NCBI GenBank assembly: GCA_016871995.1
Contig: VHBL01000004.1
Location: forward strand, 30,001-62,000
DNA length: 32,000 nucleotides
DNA from: Nitrososphaerota archaeon
Lineage (GTDB): Archaea; Thermoproteota; Nitrososphaeria; Nitrososphaerales; UBA57
Direction: 5' to 3'
Made by a program: the position numbers and the translations under genes. Positions within the stretch are counted from its first letter, which is position 1. Each line of letters starts with the position of its first letter. Positions 1 to 8,149 of this stretch are shown piece after piece. The notes below the pieces were generated by a model. The model was given only the letters and a program-made list of their open reading frames with translations. It was not told the DNA's origin and made no database searches.

Positions 1-552
1 ATGGAAGCAAAACAACGTGAAGAACTACTCAGAGCATTGAAAGCCCGTTTTGAGGAAAACATGTACCGCCATAAAGGTCTTGAATGGGCGAAAATACAAG
101 CAAAGCTGGAAGCTAATACTGAAAAACTGCGGTCACTCGATGAAATGGAAAGAACTGGCGGTGAACCGGATGTTGTTGGTCATGATAAAAAGACGGGCGA
201 ATACATTTTTTATGATTGTTCAGCGGAAAGTCCTAAAGGCCGCAGAAATGTCTGTTACGACCGTGAAGGGCAGGAGACGAGGGAAAAACAAGGGGTACGT
301 CCAGGAGGTAACGCTATTGATATGGCAGCTGCCATGGGCATTGAGCTTTTAACGGAAGAACAATATCGAGAGTTGCAGAAACTTGGAAATTTCGATACGA
401 AGACGTCGAGCTGGGTGAAAACACCTTCTGATATTCGAAAACTTGGCGGCGCCATCTTTGCTGATCGTCGCTATGGCAATGTCTTCGTGTATCATAACAG
501 TGCACCCTCTTTCTATAGCGCTAGGGCGTTCCGTGGTTCGCTAAAGGTCTAA
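1..552 (+). CDS. DUF4256-family protein (function unknown)
   Basis: 183-aa ORF whose ATG is window base 1. The translation (LEWAKIQAKLEANTEKLRSLDEMERTGGEPDVVG, SAESPKGRRNVCYD, FRGSLKV end) matches my memory of the mostly bacterial DUF4256 family along its whole length. Upstream context is not visible. Confidence 0.75.
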   Translation: MEAKQREELLRALKARFEENMYRHKGLEWAKIQAKLEANTEKLRSLDEMERTGGEPDVVGHDKKTGEYIFYDCSAESPKGRRNVCYDREGQETREKQGVRPGGNAIDMAAAMGIELLTEEQYRELQKLGNFDTKTSSWVKTPSDIRKLGGAIFADRRYGNVFVYHNSAPSFYSARAFRGSLKV

Positions 553-602
553 ATTTGGACTTGGGTCAGGTTTTCCATGTCTCTTAACTATCCAATATCC
601 AC

Positions 603-1595
603 TTATCCGTGCTTAACATATTCAGGATTCACAAGATACAGAGGTATCTTCCCAAGTAAAACATCTGCAAGGTTCTTTCCAGCGACCTCTCCCATCTTGT
701 ACCTTGCGGCCTCCGCTGCACTTCCCATATGGGGCGTCAGCAATATATTCTTAAGAGTGAGTAGAGGGCTATTCTCAGGCAGAGGTTCCCGCTCAAAAAC
801 GTCCAATGCTGCTCCTGCAATCCTTTTCTTTTTCAAAGCATTGTAAAGGGCATCTTCATCGACTATAGGCCCTCTAGCAGTATTTATCAAAAAGGCTGTC
901 TTCTTCATCATGGCTAACCTCTTACCATCAATAAGATGATAGGTTTCTTTGCTGAGAGGTACATGAATTGAAAGGAAATCAGACTCTTTAAGCAGTTGAT
1001 CAAACGTTCTATTTTTCGCACCTATAATGCGCTCATCCAGCAATCTATGTCTGCTGTGATACAAAATTTCCATCCCAAATCCTGCAGCCCTCTTTGCAAC
1101 GGCTCTACCAATTCTTCCCATGCCGAGAATGCCTAGTTTCTTGCCTGCAAGATCGCTTCCAAGCATGAACTTCGGAGACCAAGCCTCCTTCCATCTTCTC
1201 TGCATCACCAAGTCATGCCCTTCTGCAATTCTTCTTGCAATGCCCAACAGCAGCGCAAATGTCAGGTCAGCAGTGGCATCAGTAAGGACATCAGGCGTAT
1301 TAGTTACCGCTATCCCCCTCTCGGTCGCTTCCTTAACATCGATATGATCATAGCCTACGCTGAACGTGCTTACTACCTGCAGGTTTTTAGCTGCCATAAG
1401 AATTTCTTTGTCTATTTTATCGGGGATCGAGCATAATATTCCGTGCTTGTCTCTGACGAGAGATTTCAACTCGCCGTAAGATAGGTTCTCGTCTTTTTCC
1501 CTGTAATTCAACTCGAACTGCTTCAGAGTTTCTTTTATTGGTCCCGGAAAGGTTCTTGTAACTAGAACCTTCTTAGCTGAGCTGCTTCTTGCCAA
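603..1595 (-). CDS. gyaR: D-isomer-specific 2-hydroxyacid dehydrogenase, glyoxylate/hydroxypyruvate reductase-like
   Basis: It has the NAD-binding GILGMGRIGRAVAKRAAGFG motif, TNTPDVLTDATADL, ARGPIVDEDAL and LTPHMGSA, and appears collinear with Pyrococcus-type GyaR as I remember it. The longest ORF starts at TTG 1616. A second in-frame TTG at 1595 gives M-ARSSSAKKVLVTR, which fits the family N-terminus better. Either start overlaps the purM stop (1573-1575). Confidence 0.85.
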   Translation of the reverse strand: MARSSSAKKVLVTRTFPGPIKETLKQFELNYREKDENLSYGELKSLVRDKHGILCSIPDKIDKEILMAAKNLQVVSTFSVGYDHIDVKEATERGIAVTNTPDVLTDATADLTFALLLGIARRIAEGHDLVMQRRWKEAWSPKFMLGSDLAGKKLGILGMGRIGRAVAKRAAGFGMEILYHSRHRLLDERIIGAKNRTFDQLLKESDFLSIHVPLSKETYHLIDGKRLAMMKKTAFLINTARGPIVDEDALYNALKKKRIAGAALDVFEREPLPENSPLLTLKNILLTPHMGSAAEAARYKMGEVAGKNLADVLLGKIPLYLVNPEYVKHG

Positions 1596-2613
1596 GGAAG
1601 ACCCCGGGCCTTCCAACGACTCTGCCTATAATAGAAGAATGCAGCCCCTTGTCGTGCAACGCTTTGATTATCCCGTTAGCCTCCGCTTTTGAGCTCACAA
1701 TGCAGAAGCCGACTCCCATGTTGAATGTCTTGTACATCTCCTCTTTCCTTATCTTCCCTTCCTCTTGTATGAAGGAGAATATCTCTTGGAGCTCTGGCAT
1801 CCTTTCTAGGCTGAAACCGATTGAACTGCTGGGTGATATTCTGGTTAATTTTGTAAATCCTCCTCCAGTTATGTGAGCAAGGCCTGCAACATTGAATTCT
1901 TCCATGAGCGAAACTATTTCCCTGCAGTAGATTCTAGTAGGCTTGAGCAGTTCGTCGCCAATCCTCAACTTTGAATTCGGTATCCTCCCATTGAGAGGAT
2001 GTTTCTGCAGGACCTTTCTTGCCAGAGTAAGGCCGTTGGAGTGTATCCCAGAGCTTTCTATCCCGATTATTTGGTCTCCTTCTTTGATCTTCTCGCCAAG
2101 AACCAGTTTCTGCTCTTCAACAGAGCCCACGCATGTCCCTGCTAGATCAAATGAATTTTCATCCCCAGCTAAAAGGTCGGGAAGTATTGCAGTCTCCCCT
2201 CCAACTATCGCAACTTTGGATATTCTTGCCCCTTCGGCTAAACCCTTTGAAATTTCAGCAACGAGTTTTCCGTTGGTACTCTTGAGAGCTATGTAATCGA
2301 CCAGTGCAAACGGCTCTGCTCCGACGCAAACAACATCGTTTACATTCATCGCAACGCAGTCAATGCCGATGGTATCAAATTTCTTCATCTTCTGAGCAAC
2401 CAGAACCTTCGTACCTGCCCCGTCAGTATGAATGGCAAGAAGTCTCCTTGGGCCAATTCTAACTAGCCCTGCATAATGTCCAGCACCCTTGAAGACCGAG
2501 CCAAAGCCCTCCCTGAACGCTAATGTGGATGAAAAAAACTCTGCAGCAGTTTTATGTGCCTGCTTGACCTTTGAAATGTCTACGCCTGCTTCTCTGTAAG
2601 TCCACTCTTTCAA
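1573..2613 (-). CDS. purM: Phosphoribosylformylglycinamidine cyclo-ligase (AIR synthetase)
   Basis: 346 aa with YREAGVDI, HTDGAGTKVLVA and IGIDCVAMNVNDVVCVGAEP motifs. The start codon is TTG (+strand caa at 2611-2613). The next in-frame Met lies far inside the conserved N-terminus. Confidence 0.95.
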   Translation of the reverse strand: MKEWTYREAGVDISKVKQAHKTAAEFFSSTLAFREGFGSVFKGAGHYAGLVRIGPRRLLAIHTDGAGTKVLVAQKMKKFDTIGIDCVAMNVNDVVCVGAEPFALVDYIALKSTNGKLVAEISKGLAEGARISKVAIVGGETAILPDLLAGDENSFDLAGTCVGSVEEQKLVLGEKIKEGDQIIGIESSGIHSNGLTLARKVLQKHPLNGRIPNSKLRIGDELLKPTRIYCREIVSLMEEFNVAGLAHITGGGFTKLTRISPSSSIGFSLERMPELQEIFSFIQEEGKIRKEEMYKTFNMGVGFCIVSSKAEANGIIKALHDKGLHSSIIGRVVGRPGVFLGKKQLS

Positions 2614-2617
2614 GGCT

Positions 2618-3457
2618 TCAGAGTTTTCTCCCTGTTATCCTCTCGTAAGACTCAACGTAGCGCTTCGAAACCTGTCTAACCAGATCGTCTGGAAGCTCTG
2701 GAGGCTTTGGAGCTGGCCTGTCATGTTTAGCAGCCTCATCCACCTTCTCCTTGTATCCGACGCTTATCAACCAGTCCCTTACCAGCTGCTTATCAAAAGC
2801 TTCCTGCGTCTTCCCGGGCGAGTATCTCTCCTTCGGCCAGAGCCTGAATTCATCGGGCCCTATAGAATCAGCGAGCAAGATCTTTTGACCATCCATCCCA
2901 AACTCGAACTTTATATCGGCAATTATGAAACCAGACCTTTCAGCGATTTTGACCATTTGCAGATACAGATCAATTGATTTTTTGGAAAGAAAGTCGTAAG
3001 TCTTGTTTGTTACCAGTCCTCCAGAAACCGCTTCCTGTTTTGTTATTGGCAAATCATGCGTCTCTGACTTTGTCGTTGGATCAAAGATCGGCTTGGGAAG
3101 CCTTGCAGCAAGAACCTTTTCCCCTTCATATTTCGCGATCCCCTTCTTGACTCTCTCAAAAAGACTGCCATACAGGTACCCTCGAACGATGCATTCTACA
3201 GGTATCATCTTTAACTTCTTTACGACGATCTTGTTATCATCGACAACGTCTACCAAGTGGTTGGGACAGTCAAGGGTATCGAACCAGAACTTTGCGAACT
3301 TGCAGAGCACTTCTCCCTTACGAGGAATCGGGGTAGGCAGAACTACGTCGAAGGCTGAAACCCTGTCTGAAAATTCGAATAGCAGTTTGTCATCTGGGAG
3401 GGTGTAGATGTTCTTGACCTTGCCCTTCCTGAGCAGCTTGGCCTGCTTGACTGTCAT
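2618..3457 (-). CDS. purC: SAICAR synthase
   Basis: 279 aa with [15 protein letters not shown] and IADIKFEFG-type motifs. Its ATG at 3457 overlaps the purE TGA (ATGA). Confidence 0.95.
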   Translation of the reverse strand: MTVKQAKLLRKGKVKNIYTLPDDKLLFEFSDRVSAFDVVLPTPIPRKGEVLCKFAKFWFDTLDCPNHLVDVVDDNKIVVKKLKMIPVECIVRGYLYGSLFERVKKGIAKYEGEKVLAARLPKPIFDPTTKSETHDLPITKQEAVSGGLVTNKTYDFLSKKSIDLYLQMVKIAERSGFIIADIKFEFGMDGQKILLADSIGPDEFRLWPKERYSPGKTQEAFDKQLVRDWLISVGYKEKVDEAAKHDRPAPKPPELPDDLVRQVSKRYVESYERITGRKL

Positions 3458-3891
3458 TTAGACCATGACCTTCTGTAAGTTTCGAGTTTCTGGCTTATTG
3501 TTGGGTCCTTCAGTGCGAGTATCTCCATCGCAAGTATTGCAGCGTTCTTCCCGTTGTCTATACCGACGCAAGCTACAGGCACACCAGGAGGCATCTGCAC
3601 TGCAGAAAGAAGCGAATCAAGCCCTCCAAGCTGCACGTTTAACGGAACCCCAATTACAGGTTTTGTCGTCATGGATGCGATGGCGCCTGGCAAAGCTGCA
3701 GAAAGCCCTGCTATACCTATGAAGACATCTGCATCAGAGTTCATTATGTAATCTTCAAGCTTCTTCCTGTTCCTGTGTGCTGAAATCACTTGTGCATCGA
3801 AATTGATGCCGTTCTCCTTCAGGAACGAAACTACATCATCTATGGTCTTTTGATCCGACTTGCTCCCCGCTAATATTGTAACTTTGGCCAT
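3454..3891 (-). CDS. purE: N5-CAIR mutase / AIR carboxylase catalytic subunit
   Basis: 145 aa with [22 protein letters not shown] and [10 protein letters not shown] motifs typical of PurE. Confidence 0.9.
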   Translation of the reverse strand: MAKVTILAGSKSDQKTIDDVVSFLKENGINFDAQVISAHRNRKKLEDYIMNSDADVFIGIAGLSAALPGAIASMTTKPVIGVPLNVQLGGLDSLLSAVQMPPGVPVACVGIDNGKNAAILAMEILALKDPTISQKLETYRRSWSK

Positions 3892-3895
3892 GTCC

Positions 3896-5413
3896 TCACC
3901 TTTCCATCAGCTCCTTTTTTAGATTCTGGACTGGATCTACTCTTCCAACTCCGGGAAGCCAATCGACTCTTTTGCCAAGCGTACCATTCTTTTTTCTCTG
4001 CATGTACAATGATCTTGCCCTCTCAGCAAGGTCATTTCTTTTGGCAAGAAGCTCCTTAGTGCCAATATCGCTTCTATGGTACATCTGCCAGCCGTCTGTC
4101 AATCTTACATGCTCAACGCAACTTTCAACTATGCTGCTAGCTGTTGTCAGATCATCAGCAACAGCAGCAACTTCGACTGCTCTTGAGCCCATCGTAATTA
4201 TTTTCTTGTCATCGTCATGAACAGAAGCCCAATACAGTTTCGCTCCTTTCTCTTGGATTGCCTTTTCGTCTGCTTCAATGGGATGGTTCTTAGCCAGATC
4301 ACGATAATCAGGATACCCCTTTGGAGCAAGGGCTTTTGCGACTACTGCCGTGTTGTTGAACTTCACATCAGATGATTTTAGCTTACCATCGAGTATAGCA
4401 AGTGATACATCGACCAAATCCGACTCCAGCATTGCCATGACATTCAACGCTTCGGGATCGCCGAGTCTAGAATACATTTCAATGACTGTAGGTCCTTCAA
4501 TCTCCGTCAGCATCATCTGTCCAGCCACTATACCATGATAAGTTTCGCCTGTCGTGTCCTGAATTGCCATCACCATGCTCTTAACTATCTCTACAGACTC
4601 TCTGTATTCATCTTCGGTAAGAAATGGTAAGACCATGCCTGGGCCTGAAATCGAGCCCATGCCTCCAGTTTCAGTCCCAATGTCAAATTCATGTGCATTT
4701 TTGTTATCCTGCACCATGGGCATCCCCACAACATTCTTTCCGTCAGTAAAACAGTGCAGAGTATATTCGGGCCCCCATACGTTTTCCTCAACAAGTATCT
4801 TATCCTCGACATCTGCATAGGGCTTCATGTATCCCTCTAACCAGTCGAAGTGTCTCGACTTGAATTTCTGCTTTTCATCATGCAAGTAGATTTGCCTGTC
4901 TTCAATGACCTTGACGCCTTTACCGCCAGCCTGTCTTGCTGGTTTCAATGCAACATTCTGCAACCATGTCAGGGTCTTGGAATACTTGTCTAGAGTGGAA
5001 TACGCTTCTTCAGAGGAGCGGAAAGTCTTGAAAAGCAGCTTTCCCCTTACATCGTACTTCCACTGCAACCTGCGCATCTCTGCCTTCGACATTTCTATTA
5101 CTGCAGCAGCTTTCTTGGCTCCTATGCATAGAATGCTTGCTTTTTCTAAAGCGTCTGGTACACCGTGGAAGTTAGGCTCCTCAGGCCCAACAAAGACAAA
5201 TTCTGGCTTGACTTTCCGTGTGAACTCGACGATCTTTGATGGGTCAGTGGTGCTTCCGTGTATATATTCGCCACTTGTGCTTTTGCATATCTCACTTATG
5301 CCTGGATTCGTGTATTCGCTTATCCAGTAAATCTTTGGAGAGTGTTCGCTTGTGCTGAGCTTATCAGCGATCGCGTGCTCTCTCCCCCCTCCTCCGACTC
5401 CGAGTATCTTCAT
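3896..5413 (-). CDS. purD: Phosphoribosylamine-glycine ligase (GAR synthetase), long archaeal-type form
   Basis: It has the [20 protein letters not shown]-terminus, an ATP-grasp core and GDPEA. I chose the ATG at 5413 because it overlaps the TGA of the upstream purF' (ATGA). The longest ORF (to 5446) adds only MLHRKVSGEGT. Confidence 0.9.
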   Translation of the reverse strand: MKILGVGGGGREHAIADKLSTSEHSPKIYWISEYTNPGISEICKSTSGEYIHGSTTDPSKIVEFTRKVKPEFVFVGPEEPNFHGVPDALEKASILCIGAKKAAAVIEMSKAEMRRLQWKYDVRGKLLFKTFRSSEEAYSTLDKYSKTLTWLQNVALKPARQAGGKGVKVIEDRQIYLHDEKQKFKSRHFDWLEGYMKPYADVEDKILVEENVWGPEYTLHCFTDGKNVVGMPMVQDNKNAHEFDIGTETGGMGSISGPGMVLPFLTEDEYRESVEIVKSMVMAIQDTTGETYHGIVAGQMMLTEIEGPTVIEMYSRLGDPEALNVMAMLESDLVDVSLAILDGKLKSSDVKFNNTAVVAKALAPKGYPDYRDLAKNHPIEADEKAIQEKGAKLYWASVHDDDKKIITMGSRAVEVAAVADDLTTASSIVESCVEHVRLTDGWQMYHRSDIGTKELLAKRNDLAERARSLYMQRKKNGTLGKRVDWLPGVGRVDPVQNLKKELMER

Positions 5414-6717
5414 TGTACCTTCTCCGGATACTTTCCTGTGAAGCAACCCATGCAGAGCTCTTTGCTTGTCAATCCAATAGCTTTTGCGAGCCCTTCAGTA
5501 GAGAGATAAGCGAAACTGTCAGCGCCAATTATCTGCGCAATTTCTTTGCCAGAAACGTTTCTGCCGATCAATTCATCCTTTGGAGGTACGTCAACGCCAT
5601 AGGGACATTCTGATACCAGAGCTGGACTCCCAACTCTGACATGAACCTTCTTTGCACCCTTTCTCTTCATGTTCAGCACCGTATTCTTCAGCGTATTCCC
5701 TCGCACAATGCTGTCGTCGATCAGGATAGTTTCCTTTTTCTCGATCGCTGACCTTATAGGGTTCAGTTTTAGTTGAACTCCAGAAATTCTTTCAAATTGC
5801 GTAGGTTTCAGGGCAGTTCGCATGTGCCTACCAGTTCTGGTAAATCCGAGCTTGTTAGGAATCTTTGTCGCTCTTGAATAAGCTACTGCAAAGGGAAGAG
5901 CGGTCTCTGGGACTCCTACGATGACATCTCCCCGTGCTGGCGATTCCGTTGCTAGAGTTTCGCCTATCCTCTCCCGTACTTCATACACCGATACGCTCCC
6001 TATGTAAGAGTCTGGCCTTGCAAGGTACACGAACTCGAATGAGCATTGAGATTTCTTGCTACTTGGGGTTATCTTCCTTCTTATGCTCAAAGGATCTAAG
6101 ACTATTACTTCGGCAGGCTTTATCGAACCAGTGTGGCCCGCTCCTATAACATCCAAAGCGCATGTTTCTGACGCTACTACTCCAAGGTCGAAGCCCACAG
6201 CCCCAACCTCGAGAGGCTTCACGCCCATCTTGTCACGTACGCAAATCATCTCTTGGTTTTCTACGATCGCGATAAAAGAAAATCCTCCTTTGACTTCGGA
6301 TAGCATCTCTGTAACGGCCCTGATTGAATCCTTATTCTCAGCTAACTTCTCTGAAAGCGTCTCCGCAAGGTTCCTGAAAGCTTTGGCCTTCTCTTTGTGG
6401 AGCAAAGGTTTGCCATCGCCTGCAAGAACAAGCTTAGTGGGAGATTTTACTTCTATTATACTATCATCTTCAAAAGCGGAAACTAGTCCCAATCCAAGAA
6501 AGCTTGCAGGAAACTTTCTTCCATTTCGAAAAAGGTCGTCAACTAACCCCTTTTCAGTTATGACGCTGAATGATTTTTTTCCTGCGTCGAATAAAGCAAT
6601 TGAAGCGATCTCTTGCCCTCTTCCTTGAAGTGCCGAGAGACCGAAATACAGAAATCGTGAAGCGTTCCAGTTTTCTCTGCCTTCGCCGAATGGATACACT
6701 CCGAATATTCCTGGCAC
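5410..6717 (-). CDS. Amidophosphoribosyltransferase paralogue with degenerate glutaminase domain (Pro replaces the nucleophilic Cys)
   Basis: 435 aa with a GTG start preceded by GAGGGG. The N-terminus is MPGIFG, not CGIFG, and the RYST and HNG motifs are absent. The PRTase half is canonical: CSFEFVYLARPDS, KPTQFERISGVQLKLNP, ILIDDSIVRGNT and CMGCFTGKYP. Confidence 0.85.
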   Translation of the reverse strand: MPGIFGVYPFGEGRENWNASRFLYFGLSALQGRGQEIASIALFDAGKKSFSVITEKGLVDDLFRNGRKFPASFLGLGLVSAFEDDSIIEVKSPTKLVLAGDGKPLLHKEKAKAFRNLAETLSEKLAENKDSIRAVTEMLSEVKGGFSFIAIVENQEMICVRDKMGVKPLEVGAVGFDLGVVASETCALDVIGAGHTGSIKPAEVIVLDPLSIRRKITPSSKKSQCSFEFVYLARPDSYIGSVSVYEVRERIGETLATESPARGDVIVGVPETALPFAVAYSRATKIPNKLGFTRTGRHMRTALKPTQFERISGVQLKLNPIRSAIEKKETILIDDSIVRGNTLKNTVLNMKRKGAKKVHVRVGSPALVSECPYGVDVPPKDELIGRNVSGKEIAQIIGADSFAYLSTEGLAKAIGLTSKELCMGCFTGKYPEKVQ

Positions 6718-6733
6718 TGCAACCCCTCTGAAA

Positions 6734-8149
6734 CTAGTCTGATGTCCGTTTAAGACATCGATAATCGCCAGTATTACATGACAAACACAATTCTGTCTCC
6801 TTCAGGCCAATGCCTTTGCAGAGCTGCTTTATGCCGTTGTAACCTACAGAGTCAGCGCCTATAGATTTAGCGACTTCCCTGTTGGCCTTTTCGATAGTCG
6901 GATTACTGCCGCATGTCCTGTAAACCACGAGTTCTTGGTGCGTGGGGAAGTTTATTCCTGCATGGCATGGATTAGAAATTGGAGGAAATGTAACGACCAT
7001 TTTCACGCTTTTTGCCCCAGCATTTTTCAGAGTTTTTATTATGTTTGGAGCACTCGTACCTCTTACAATACTATCATCCACGACAACGACATCTTTGTTA
7101 CTGACGATTTCTTTTACAGCTACCATCCACCTGTTTATACGTTCTCTGTCGACCATCTTCGGCTCGATGAAACTTCTGATACCTCCTCTCTTTGCATACC
7201 TATCTTTCATCAGCCCCTCTTCAAACTCGATGTCGCTCTCCATCGCATATCCGAGTGCCGCAGGCCTAGCCGAGTCCGGGACGGGTACAACAACATCCAC
7301 CCCTCCATCGTAAAGCATGGCAAGTTGCTTTCCCAGCTCTTTTCTAGCATGGTATACGCTACGACCATCAATTATCGAGCTTGGATGGGCAAAATATGAA
7401 TACTCAAAAGCGCAATGTGTGGCCCTCTCTCCTCTGTAGAAACTAAAACTATCCATACCATTTTTGTCAAGCCTTACAACTTCTCCCTGTTTTACATCTC
7501 TTACCAGACTAGCGCCCATAACGTATAGGGCGCAACTTTCTGATGCAAAAATGTAAGATTCTGTTTGTTTGTGGTAGCCTATGCAGAGCGGTCTAAACCC
7601 TCGAGTATCCCTCACCGCAAAGACCTTTCCATCACTTGTAATTATCAGTAAACAGTAAGCACCAACGAGCTCATCTGCAAGTTTCGCGATTGCGTCGTAC
7701 CAGTCCCAGTTGTTCTCCTTCAGCAGGGTTTGCAGCCTATAACCAGCCAAAGTAGTATCGTTGCAACCGTTTGGAGAAATGCCGTGCTCCTTAAGATTCT
7801 TTTCCAATGTCTTCGTATCCGAAATAGTCCCGTTATGTGCGATTGCAAACTTGTCCCCCACAGGCATCGGCTGTGCATGCTTCAATGATGAGCCTCCAAC
7901 AGTGGAGTAGCGGAGATGCCCTATGGCAGCGTTGGACGTCATCTTTTCAAGGATCGGCACGGATTTATCAAGATTCTCCGTCACCAGCCCCTTCTGCCGA
8001 TGCGGCCTTATTGCAGGTGTACATACTCCCCATGCCTCTTGCCCCCTATGTTGAAGAGCCCTCAAACCTGTAACCATGAGTGGAATTACGTCTGAACCGC
8101 CGTAAGAATAAGCCCCGAATATGCCACATTTCTCCTTAATTTCAGTCAT
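6734..8149 (-). CDS. purF: Amidophosphoribosyltransferase (glutamine PRPP amidotransferase)
   Basis: It has a propeptide MTEIKEK followed by CGIFGAY, then LQHRGQE, GHLRYST, AHNG, VVVDDSIVRGTS and a CLSC tail. The ATG at 8149 overlaps the purL TGA (ATGA). The longest ORF (to 8188) adds MGNCYPKAHGRCK, which resembles nothing in the family. Confidence 0.9.
   Translation of the reverse strand: MTEIKEKCGIFGAYSYGGSDVIPLMVTGLRALQHRGQEAWGVCTPAIRPHRQKGLVTENLDKSVPILEKMTSNAAIGHLRYSTVGGSSLKHAQPMPVGDKFAIAHNGTISDTKTLEKNLKEHGISPNGCNDTTLAGYRLQTLLKENNWDWYDAIAKLADELVGAYCLLIITSDGKVFAVRDTRGFRPLCIGYHKQTESYIFASESCALYVMGASLVRDVKQGEVVRLDKNGMDSFSFYRGERATHCAFEYSYFAHPSSIIDGRSVYHARKELGKQLAMLYDGGVDVVVPVPDSARPAALGYAMESDIEFEEGLMKDRYAKRGGIRSFIEPKMVDRERINRWMVAVKEIVSNKDVVVVDDSIVRGTSAPNIIKTLKNAGAKSVKMVVTFPPISNPCHAGINFPTHQELVVYRTCGSNPTIEKANREVAKSIGADSVGYNGIKQLCKGIGLKETELCLSCNTGDYRCLKRTSD

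Noticed and set aside
5414-5446. N-terminal extensions of purD (to 5446), purF (to 8188), rpo7 (from 30141) and the methyltransferase (to 26335)
   Set aside because: The extensions have no counterpart in the respective families. The shorter starts give canonical N-termini and, for purD and purF, form ATGA overlaps with the upstream stop.
6056-6628. 190-aa plus-strand ORF, and similar long ORFs at 4905..5330 (+), 1943..2296 (+), 8255..8608 (+), 9176..9535 (+), 16280..16636 (+) and 27132..27593 (-)
   Set aside because: Each lies wholly inside, and antisense to, a strongly supported conserved gene (purF', purD, purM, purL, gltB, aIF5B). The translations are Ser/Pro/Leu-rich and low in complexity with no motifs. 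They are typical shadow ORFs.
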